In this document: in pieces, positions 16,569 through 27,046 of the stretch
Layout: every line of letters starts with the position of its first letter
Position numbering within the stretch: the stretch's first letter is position 1
Source of the DNA: Macrostomum lignano
Taxonomy: Eukaryota
Assembly: GCA_002269645.1 (NCBI GenBank)
Contig: NIVC01000129.1
Span: forward strand, 852,755-916,754
Direction: 5' to 3'
Length of the DNA: 64,000 bases
The notes under the pieces: generated by a model
What the model was told of the DNA's origin: nothing
What the model saw: only the letters and a program-made list of their open reading frames with translations
Databases searched by the model: none
Program-made: the position numbers and the translations under genes

Positions 16569-18663
16569 CATCATACTCTCTGCCCAAGTGACCAATTAGG
16601 TCACCCACCCAATCTGTCGTCCAATCAAATCGAATTTGAAAGTGTGAACTAATGGCCGCTTAAAAGTGTGTTAAATTGACCGGTGTGCTGGGTGAGAATT
16701 CTATACAATGCACTCTTATAGTATGTTGCTTGCACCGTTTAATAATGGTCCAACCATAAAACATAATGGTGTTTTGGCCATTATTCACCTCCGCGATCCG
16801 CAACATACTATACACACGGACTACTTAATTGTCGTTTATACAGGACGCAACATATCCCTTATACAGATCCCTTTTTCAGAGTGTGTTCGTATTTTTTTCC
16901 AATTTTTAGTCACCAAATACTTAACGTCTAGCTTAGTATTGTTTAGAAATGTCTGGAGACTATCGTTTATACGATGTACAAGCTGTTGAAACCCGCGGAA
17001 TTTAAACCCGGGGAATTCCAATCCCCGGAACTATTTTTGCATGTACTCTGAAATCTAAGCCCATACTGAAACAAAAACTTGTTGATAGTTAGTAGGATAG
17101 AGGTAAACAAAATGGAGTACATTCGCGTAAAATTAGGATTTGAGGCAAACATTGATATTGTTGGCTGTGGTGCTTTTTACTTTAAATAGGCAGTTAATGT
17201 CTGTCTGACTCTAAAACATGTATCGGCAAACTCTGCCTCTGCCTCTGCCTCCCTACGTCCCTTGGATCCTTTGAAACTTCTATCTTCTCTTCTGTTTCCT
17301 CTCTTCTCTCTCGTCCCTCGTCTCTCCTCTCTGCTCTCTCTCCTCTCCTCTCTTCTCTTTTTCCTCTTTCCTCTCTCCCCTCTTCTCTCGTATCTTCCCT
17401 CATTTCTCTTCTTTTTCATCTCTCTTATAACATCTCTTTTCTCTTCTTTTCTCTTTCCTCTCCTCCCACTCTTCTCTCGTCTTTTCCTTCACCTCTCTTC
17501 TCTCTCGTCTTTTTTTGCTCTCTGATCTCTCCTTTCTCTTTTCTCTCTTCTCTTTTATCTCTTTTCATTTCTCTCTGCTTTCCTCCTCTCTCTCTGCTTC
17601 CCCCTCTCTCTCTGCTTCCCCCCTCTCTCTCTGCTTTCCTCCTCTCTCTCTGCTTCCCCCCTCTCTCTTATCTCTCCTCTCCCATTTTTCTTCTCCTCTC
17701 TACTCTCTCCCCTCCATTCTCCTCTTTTCTCTCCTCTCGCCTCACTCACTTCTCTCTCCCTTGGTCTCTCCTCTCGTCTCTGTAATCTCTTCTCTCTTAT
17801 CTCTCCTCTGTTCTCTCTACTCTCTCATCTCTCGTCTGTTCATTTTCGTCTCTGCTCTCAGCTCATCCCCCTCTTTCATCTGTCATCTTTACTGTCTTAT
17901 ATGTTCTCTCATTCTGTCCTCTGTACTCTTTTCTTTCACCTCTTTTGTCTCCTCACTTTCCTTTCTCCTTTCTTCTCTTCTCTTCTCTTCCCTCTTTTAT
18001 ATACTCTCTCCCTCTCTTGTCTCGTCTCTTCTCTCTCCACTCTCCTCCTTTATCTCTCATCTCTCATTTCTCATCTCTCCTTACACCTCTCTCATCTGTA
18101 CAACCTTATCTCTTCTCTCTTCCATTTACTCTCTCATCTCTCCTTTCTCCTCTTTACTAACTCCTCTCTGCTCTTCTCTCTGCTCTCCTCTCATCTGCAA
18201 CTCTCTGCTCTCTCCTCTCTCCTCTCCACTCGCTACTCGCTCCTCTACTCGCTCTACTCGCTCCATAGTTGTCGCACTTCGAAACTCATCAGACAAAAGC
18301 TAGTTCTCGTCGCTTGAAACTAATTTCTAAGGTTCCTGCATCGTTTTAATCATACATTACATATCTCACATCAACAAGGACTAAGTTATGTGCATCCTGT
18401 GAAAAAACTACACTTCGGCGAGTTTCTGGAGTCGGGCTACATAAAATTGAATATTCAGCCTCCAATAAAATTTGCACGTTTTGCGCGTGTCGCGTCCTTC
18501 TACTTAAGTAGTCCGTGACTATACAATCTACCATTGTTTTACGTCGTACACTTAAATTTGATTTGATTGGACGAGAGATGGGATGGGTGAACTGATAAGT
18601 CACTTGGGCGGACGAGAGATGGGGTGGGTGAACTGAAAAGTCACTTGGGCAGAGAGTATGATG
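16569..18663. mobile_element. Non-autonomous TIR DNA element (~2.1 kb) flanked by TA, with a CT-rich filler
   Basis: Left end CATCATACTCTCTGCCCAAGTGAC...CCAATCAAATC; right end is its reverse complement with a ~42-bp internal duplication. TA at 16567-68 and 18664-65. No ORF; 17280-18270 is low-complexity CT. Confidence 0.75.
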
Positions 18664-19660
18664 TACCGTGGCGCACGATAAGTTAAGACCATCTAGTCAA
18701 ATTATTATATTTTTGGCATTGTCCATCATAAGACACAGCCTGGTGTAATGACAGACTCAACTGGCCATTAATTCAGCTTTAGCAGGCGGTTGAACCATAG
18801 ACTGTTAGTTAACTATGCATTTATTAACTGATGGCATTCTGGAATACATTGACAAGAAAAAAGGATAATCAAGACATTTTAGCCACCAAACAATGGTATA
18901 TTCTTCTGCAGTCGGGATGCTTGATATTGTATTATCGGGCGAGCACTAACTGGGACTCAGGAAGTCCAATTAGATCATAAAAACTACAGACTGTTCGCTT
19001 CAACTTCAAAGGCGCTCGTGCGATAATACAATATCAAGCATCCCGGCTACTGATGAGTGCATTGACTAGTGTTTCCCTATAGACTAGTAGTCTATGGTCT
19101 GGAGAGACAATAGCACGCAGCCTTGGAAGAACTTCTTGCAGGGGTGGGGAGTTTATGGCCATTGACAATTTTAATTTTAATAGGAAAGCCCACAGATACT
19201 GAATACCATGCATGTAGATGGTTCACTCAGCATTATCTTTATGCGTCAGTTTGATTTGCTACTCTCTGTCCAGTGGTATAAGTGCATATTTGCTCTATTT
19301 TTTGTCTTGACAAAATATTTGGAGAGAATGATGGTCTAGCTGCCCGCGTCACACACGCACAACCTTGGCGCTTTCAATTCTTTTATCTATGGCCAAGCTT
19401 GGCAGTGGATCGAAATTCTCAGGCGTAAAAACCGCTAGTAAAATCTGCACCCACCGCAAAAAGGCGTTGGTCTTGGCCATAGACAGTCGAAGAAATCGAT
19501 TGACTTCGTTTTTAGCTAGCAGTCAAGTGGGACGAGATACGGAGTTTAAAGGAATAATTGGCAGGACGGAGAAAGAAAAGATTTTACTTCGCACTTTACC
19601 AGCAAGCAGTGCAAGAACGACAAAAACACCAGCAACGCTTCTTGCAATCACCATACTGAC

Positions 19661-21230
19661 ATGGAATTCAGCTCAAAGCGCTGCTGTGCAGCCACCTGCA
19701 CCCATACAGCGCAATCTCTAACGGACGAGGGAGTGGCTGTGCGAATGCACAGGTTTCCAGCGGACGACGGAGTTGCGAACCGATGGCGGCAAATGCTGGG
19801 AATCGACTTGGACATCGGAGCCATTCGCAAGATGGCATTGCGAGTGTGCAGTGTGCATTTTACTGACAATTATTCCAGCTGTCCTTCTCTGCGACATGAA
19901 GATACCACACGTTTGCGACGGAATGCCGTTCCAGACAGGGAGCTGACTCTACCCCGCCTCATTGCACACGACCTGACACATTTGGTTGTTCGCAGTGACG
20001 AAGAGGCTGACAATCTCTATTCACCTGAACTGCAGCCATTCAACAGCACTGATGGTGAGCCGCCACAGGCCGAAGAGCAGCAGGCAAGCTCAACCAACCA
20101 AGGTCATGCTAAACAACGAAGCAATAACATCATCGCTCAGCTGCGCAGCAAAGTTCGCCATCCGACAGATGCAAGCGCGAATAGAAAAAGCAAAAGCAGT
20201 CCAGTCGGGTAGCAGCAGCTCAATAGCTACTCGTCTGATGCAGCAGAAGGTCAGGCGTGATGTTCGCAGTCGCGGCATGCGCTGGACCAAAGCAGACATT
20301 GCGTGCTCAATTCAGCTGCATCACAAAGGCTCGTCAGCTTACCGACTGGTCCGCAATAAGTGGAAAATTCCGCTACCATCAAGTTCGACAATTCGACAGT
20401 ATTTCGTATTGCCTGGGATTTGCAACTTGACGATGCGATCCTTGCAGTCCAAGTTTGCATCATCGACAAATCAGCAGCGGATTGCTACCCTTTGCTTCGA
20501 TGGAATGAGTCTCACACCCATCCTGCGCTACCAGCAACATCGTGACATCGTGCAAGGAGCAGTTGCCCAGACCTATAAACGAGGCCATCGTCGCTGTGCT
20601 TCGAGGAGTCTTTCAGGACTGGAAACAACCAATCGCATATTATCCTGTTTTTCGAACTCTTGGCCAAGAAGGATTCGGGATAGCTATTGATGAGTGCCTG
20701 ACAGCTAGCCACAAGGCCGGGATTAAGGTCGTTGCATTGGTTGCGGATCAAGAGTCAACCCAGTGGGCTCACCTTTCCAGACGGGCTGACTCTGCTAATC
20801 CTTTTTTACGTCACCCTGTAACCGGTGAGCCAGTCTACGTCATCGTGGACATCCCACATTGCCTAAAAATGCTAGAAACGCCCCGATGCAGAACGACATC
20901 AAATTCAACGAGTGCAAGCTAGCTAAGTGGCAGCATCTCATCCAGTTTTATCAGAACGACAGCGGCCCATCTCTCCGATTAGCAAGCAAGCTCACCGACG
21001 CTCATTTCAGCTTAGCTCTGGGTCAGAAGATGAAAGTATCGCTCGCAGCACAAGTGTTAAGCCATTCTGTTGCAAGTGGTATCAGGATTTTGGTCCATCA
21101 TAATGAATTATCTGAGGATGCGTTGCAGACAGCTGAATTTGCGAAGCGTCTGAATGACATTTTCGACATGCTGAACTCAGCGCATCTCTATGGCAAAGGC
21201 TTCCAGCGGCCGATTCATTGGCGACCTCAA
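19661..21230 (+). pseudogene. THAP-domain P-element-type transposase (THAP9-like), frameshifted and 3'-truncated
   Basis: THAP finger CCAATC...RW...RVCSVHF...AVP, followed by P-transposase motifs LPSSSTIR, LCFDGM, WKQPIAYY, VADQ, DIPHCLK-NARN, QKMKVSLAAQVLSHSVA and NDIFDMLNS across four frames. Sequence stops at 21230. Confidence 0.88.
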
Positions 21231-22130
21231 TGATATATTCCTGCACGGTCACGAGTGCGGGAATGACATCTGCACGAGTGCGCGCTAGCGCACGAGTTCA
21301 CGATGTCCTTCACGCACGAGTGAACGTGAAGGAATTCCATTGTCGGATGATTCATCGTGCAGGAATGCACAAAACCGTGCAGGAATGCATTTCTGCGCCT
21401 AATGCTTTTTCAGTGAGATTTTACCATAGACATCCATTCCTGCACGCAAAAGAGTGCAAGAATGCCATTCTTGCATGGAAAATCAGCCGACAATACTCTT
21501 TGATCGCGATACTCTATCGGATACTCTCGTAGTATCTGTGGGAAAGCCAGAGTTTTTGTATTAGAGTCGAAGCTGAGGCGAGATATCAAGCTCAGACAAA
21601 TGCTAAATACAGAAAATTTTTAATTAAAAGCGAGACATGTCGAAATCAACTAGACTTCTACCGCCGTTACTTAACTACAAAGCTCTGCCAACGGATGAGA
21701 TCAGTGGCGTCACTGATAATGACTTGGACATCATTACGAGACTGTCTTCGAACGGCGATGAATGTAGCGAGCTTATCGACGACTTTATGAACTTCCTGGC
21801 GAAGGATACCGAACAACTTGACGATTTACAGGAGTTCGAAGAACAACTAGCTGATAGCGGTGATCTGAGTGATGAGTTGCTCCAGTTAGATGGCATCGAG
21901 ATTGAAGGTCTGCCCGCTAGCACCAGGCGGCAAATGGAGGAGAACGGTAGGCGTTTTTTTCAACTTTTGTATGAATCGAAGCCTACGCACGGACTATGCC
22001 TCGCTGGATGACAGAACGCTGAATGAATACCTTCGAATATATGATTTCCAATTAAAGACCAATGAGGGAAAATATTACGCTCCTGCAACTCTCGGTTGTA
22101 TTTGAGCCGGAATTCAACGCTACCTTGAAT
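21231..22130 (+). mobile_element. Crypton-like tyrosine-recombinase transposon fragment with a terminal imperfect hairpin
   Basis: Joining ORF 21637..22011 to the next frame (one extra T in a T7 run) gives PASTRRQMEENGRRFFNFC...LNEYLRIYDFQLKTNEGKYYAPATLGCI*AGIQRYL. This resembles the pre-DUF3504 region of Crypton/ZMYM/QRICH1/KCTD1 proteins (recognised from memory). ~110-bp palindrome at 21231-21341. Catalytic YR domain absent. Confidence 0.6.
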
Positions 22131-22596
22131 ACTTTGTTAAATATTTCGTTAAATTGCTTTTTTTAAACCTGTTATCCTTCGTATGCTTGTTAATTTTCTG
22201 TTATCTTAAAATATACCGATGGACAATAACACGCAAATATGTTGACAATAACACGCATCTCAAAGCGCAGTTAATGGGCAGCGAAACGCTTGTCAATGGA
22301 AAACGCGCTACATTAAGCACAAAAACAACACAGTGACAGTAGTCATACTCGTAAACTGTTCATCCGAAGTTGCTCATTAAAACTGAAAGGTGCAATCCTT
22401 GAAGTGGCAATTCTCGAAGAAGCGAACTGCGCGTTCCGAATCCATTTGACCTGCAGATTAATGGACATTGTAAAAAATTCACAGTTTATATACGAGTATA
22501 GTTATTAGTATAGCCACTAATTTACTTACAATGTTGACATATTATGCTTACCATGCTTCACCCGCATCTCCTGTGTCACCTCCACTGAAGCATAGG

Positions 22597-25500
22597 TTGT
22601 TGTTGTTGTTGTTGTTAGTTCCCGGCCGGGTTAATATCCGGGGGGGCGGGTTTGCGCCCCTACCGCCTGGAGAAAGTGCAGTGCGCGCGGGCCGTCGTCG
22701 TGGAGGATGGCCAGCGTCGGGTTCTCGCCCAAGATTTGTCGTCTGGTCTCGGTTGTGGTGCGGCATTCCAGAAGCAGATGTTTGAGGTCCTCCGGGGCCT
22801 CCCCGCAGGCTGGGCAGGTGGCCTCCAGTTCCAGCCCGATGCGGTGTCGGTACTGTCGGAGTATCGGGCAGTGGCCAGTGCGTAGCTGGGCTAGCAGGAC
22901 TCTGTCCTTACGGTTCATGGAAGTTTTCTGTTTGGGTCGTCGTCCGTTGGTGCAGGTGCGGTGGGTGCTGCAGTGCTCGTTTGCCTTGTACAATTGGATG
23001 AAGTCGTTGTGGGCCGTTTCCAAGATGGCAGAGCGCGCGCTGCGGTGATCCAGAGGTGCGTTGGTCTGATCAAGAGTGGCAGCAGCGCGGGCAGTGGCGT
23101 CGGCGAGATCGTTGCGACGAAGGTCGCAGTGGCCCGGGACCCATTGCAGGGTCACGTGGTGGCCTGGCGGTAGGCGTCCCAAAATACGCAGGATGTCGCG
23201 GCAGCACGGGGAAAGCCGCGGGCTGGGGCCGCCTTTGAGGCAGCGGAGCAGGGCCTGGGAGTCAGTCGCGCAGCGCAGCTCGCGGTTTCCCGGCCACGGC
23301 AGATCGTCAAACGCTGCCTGAAGGCCGAGCCTAAACGCGCATTCTTCCGCTCGGAAGGACGAGGTCAGGCTCCCCGCCGGTGCTCTGAGAATGCGCGTCG
23401 GCGAACCGCGGGTGTAGAGTACGGCTCCTGCTCCGCCGTTGGTAGTGCCTCCTGATGCTGAGCCGTCCGTCCAGAGTTCCAGGTCTGCGGGGGGAGCGAC
23501 GCTAGGGTCTCCAGCGCCGCGGCCCTGCGGACATGCGATGGGTCGTCTCGGGAACACTTAGTAATGAGGGAGTCTTGGATGTGAAAACTTGTCGAGGAAC
23601 ACCACGGTGGCACCAGCTCGTTGTCGGTTTCGATTTGGCGCTCGGCCAGTCCGACTCTGTGGGTAAGCTCTCTAGCACACCTGCGCCAGCATCTGCGGAA
23701 GTTGCCGTTTCCGCCGTGAGCGCGGATGCGAGGAGTGACTTCTCTGTCGGCGATGTTGCGGAGCGGGGTGGCTTGACGTTGGCGAAGCGTTTTGTCCAGG
23801 AGCGTCGCTGCCGCGGCCGCCGCACTGTGTGCCAGGGGTTGGAGTACGGCTTCGATAAGGAGCGCGGCAGTCGGCGTAGATTTGCAGCACCCTGAGATGA
23901 CACGGGCAGCCTCGTTGTGAGCAGATTCCACCAGTTGTCTGCAGGCGTCCGACGCGAAGTTTAACCAGGCTGCAGCGCCGTGGAGAGCAGCCGACTCGGC
24001 GTAGGTTCTGTAGAGTTGCGACAGGAGCCCTGGGTCCTGGCCCCAGTCACGCCCGGCGAGGCAGCGGAGAGCGTTGGTCCTCTTTTGGAGGTTTTGTTTT
24101 TGGACCGACGCATGGTGCCGGAACGTGAGCTGGGAGTCGAGGTGCACGCCCAGGAGTCTGGGGTGGGATTCGTACGGGGCCTGGACGTCGCCGAGCATGA
24201 TGTTCGGTCTCGCTTTGCCGTTGACCTCGCGGGGGTCGAGGGAGAAGAAGGAAACGACCGATTTGGACTTGTTGAGGTCCACCTTCCAGGTTTGGGACCA
24301 GGCAACAAGCCAATCGGTCGCTCTCTGCAGTTTCGACTCGCACTCCCTGAGGTTGTGGCCTTGGGCGCCGAAGGTGGTGTCGTCGGCGTATCCAACCGCC
24401 AGGACGTTTTCGGGGGCGTCGTCGAGCAGGTCATCGATGTACACGTCCCAGAACTTCGGGGCGAGAACGGATCCTTGCGGTAGGCCCTCGGTGAAGATCC
24501 GGACGCGACTGCGGGCCCCATCCCAGGTGACGAGGGCACGGCGATCGCTGATGAAGTTTTTAATCCATGCACGTGGGCGTCCCTTTCCTGTGGAGCTTGG
24601 CGATTTGGGCTTTACGCCACACTCGCTCGTATGCTCTGGAGAAATCAGCTAAGAGTAGGGCGGTCCGCTTCGCTGGTTTCTGCGCTTGGAAGCCGTCGAA
24701 GATGTATTGGGTGACAGCTGTGATCTGCTCCTCGGTGGAGCGGTTCCGGCGGAAGCCGGCTTGGGCTGGATTTAGCAGTTTATTCTCTTCCAGATGAAAG
24801 GTGAGGCGTTCGTTAACGAGCCGTTCAGCGATTTTGGCAGTGCAAGAGAGAAGGCAGATAGGGCGGAAACTCGCAGTGATGCTGTGATCTTTCCCGGGTT
24901 TGGGGATCGGGCGAATATCGCCCAGACGCCACATTGCCGGGATTTCAGCGGAGCGCCAGGAGATGTTGATGGCGAGCAGCAGCAGTTCCAGGCCTTGAGT
25001 TGGCAGATTTTTGAGCATTAAGTTCGAAACGCCGTCGCTGCCCGGTGCCGATCTGCTGGGGACTCCTCTGATGGCTCTGGTCAGAGCTTCCATCGGGAAG
25101 TCGGCGCACAGGCCCGTCCGGTGGTTTTGGCAGCTGCAGGTGTCCCGCACAGCTCTTCTGGCTTCGTTTCGGATGTCTTTGTCGGCAGATTTGTCTTTCG
25201 GGATTTTGGCGACATTGGCGTACTCTTGACAGAAAAGATCGGCTTTCTGGCGGTCGGAGGTGGCGGAGCGGCCTTGTGGGTTTTGGATCGCCCCTGATGG
25301 GCGGGAGGCCGCGGTGCGGCCGTCGAGGACGCGGATGATGCGCCAAAGGTCAGCCGACTTGAGCTCGCTGGAGTTGTCGCTGATGAAGTCGCTCCACAGG
25401 GCTTCCTTTGCGTTGCGGATGGTGGCGGTGGCGTGTGCTGCCGCCTCCTGGAACGCCTGGGCGAGTTGGTCGTCGTTGGGGTTGGCTCGGAGGTCTTCTA

Positions 25501-26671
25501 GCGCCTGGCGCCTGGCCGCGCACGCTGCTTCTGCTTCTGGGCACCACCAGGCGATAGGGGCGCCGGATCCCTGCGGGATCGCTTTGCGGGCCGCGTCCAT
25601 GATCGCGTCGGTGAGCTTGTTGGCGGCTCCGGTGGCAGTCTTTGGTGGTCTGGCGGTCCAGTTTTTAAGGCGCTCGCTGATGATAAGGCGGTATTTGTCC
25701 CAGTCTGCTTTGTGATAAGCCAAGCGAGTGTGCCTCTTTTTCCTGTCGTTTTTCACAGGGAGCGGGTTTGGGTTAATAACTTCAATGATAATGGGCAGGT
25801 GATCAGATCCGATATGTTTGCCGGTGTTCCATTCCAGCTTGTCCTGCCAGCTGGCAGGGACGAAGGAGACGTCGGGGCTGCTGGTGATGCCTCTGGCGTT
25901 GACTCTGGTTGGGCCGCCGTCGTTGAGGGCCACGTAGTCGTTGGTGGTAGCCCAGTCTTCGAAAACGGAGCCTCGCTGGTCTTCAGAGTCGCAGTTATCC
26001 TCCCACATGCCGTGGTGCGCGTTGATGTCTCCGAGGATGAGCACGTCCGGGCCGGTCGGGAGCCAGTCCGGGTCGAAGCCGTCAGGGCGCCCATCGGCGG
26101 TTCGAACCGGTGGGAGGTAGAGGTTGATGATGTGAATTGGGCGTGGTAACCGTTTATCGTGGAGCGAGATGGCCGAGCCTTCAGATGCAGTGCGGGTCAC
26201 GTCTATCTGCGGCAGACGGTACTCAGCGAAATCCACGCCTTCCTTGACAAGAAAACAGACCCCTCCGTGGGGAGTGGCAGTGGCGTCACCGTCGCGGTTT
26301 ATAGCGCGGTCCCTACGGCCGGCCAGTTGCCAACCGGGGAGGCGCGGGACCTGAGACGTTGGCGACAGATTCGATTCCTGGATGCAGGCAATGTCCGCTT
26401 GGTGTTCTTCGAGGAATCGGAGGAGTTCGAAGCGTCGAGCTCTGAGGCCGGCTGCATTGAGTTGGCCGAGGTGGGCTGGGGAGCCAGGGCCAGCTTGGTA
26501 AAAGAATGCCGACGTGGTAATGACGCGCCGAAAGCGCGCTCTGCACTCTTCCCAGGGTCCGGGGTGTTGCTGCACTTTGCTGGGCGGGCGCCCAGTCGGT
26601 CCCACCGCGAGAAGGTGGCAGCGTTGGGAGGCGCGCCAGGCGCGCCCGGTAGTGGGGTGCCCCACCACCAC
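22597..26671 (-). mobile_element. Apparently full-length non-LTR retrotransposon, I-group/Ingi-like (APE-RT-RNase H-Zn), with an (AAC)n tail
   Basis: APE motifs (IACIQES, LGDINAHH, SDHLPI); RT motifs (QAGFR, GLPQGSVLAP, YADD); RNase H (WTDGS, TDSQA, QWVPGH, NDLAD); C-terminal CPAC...H...C. (AAC)n tail at 22597-22618. TSD CTGAAGCATAGG(T) at 22585-22596 and 26672-26683. Two frameshifts (~24560, ~23500). Confidence 0.93.
26569..26648 (-). ncRNA. Candidate HDV-like self-cleaving ribozyme at the LINE 5' end
   Basis: Minus strand: CGG[GCGCGC-CUG-GCGCGC-C]UCCC AAC GCUGC C ACC UUCUCGC GGU GGGACC GA CUGGGC-GCCC-GCCCAG CAAA GU GCAGC. P2, P3/L3, P1.1, P4 and J4/2 can be drawn; P1 forms only by looping out a hairpin. 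Confidence 0.4.
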
Positions 26672-27046
26672 CTGAAGCATAGGTCGCACGGTTCGTTCAG
26701 TCGTCGACAAGAAGATTCTTCCAATTAATAAGCGGGGCTGCACGTTTGACGAGATGCACCAGCCATAGTTTTTTGACAAGACAAATAGCTTTTACGCTCG
26801 TACTCGTACTACCCGCTTTCCTGACTTCTTGCAAGACGCAACGAAATCAGCACTCATCACAGTGTTGTCTATGGTCAAACTAAGACACACATCTCAGTCG
26901 TCTATGGGTAAAATAACTCTCAAAACAGCCAATTGAGGCGTGATAAAAATGTGAAATAATGACCGCTTCCGGCACGCTGAAATAATGGCCTCTATGTGTC
27001 TTCTTACAGACAATGACGTTGCGTATAGTAGATAAGGGACTGAAAT

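Noticed and set aside
17177-18317. Ser/Leu-rich or Arg/Glu-rich ORFs
   Set aside because: Low-complexity CT filler inside a non-coding TIR element.
22652-26728. Many plus-strand ORFs over the LINE and minus-strand ORFs over the Gypsy element
   Set aside because: Antisense shadows of GC-rich retroelement coding sequence.
19478-26873. CATAGAC...GTCTATG as TIRs of the P element enclosing the Crypton fragment and LINE
   Set aside because: Only weak subterminal similarity, no 8-bp TSD (GTCTTGGC vs GTCAAACT), and the motif is common throughout the window.
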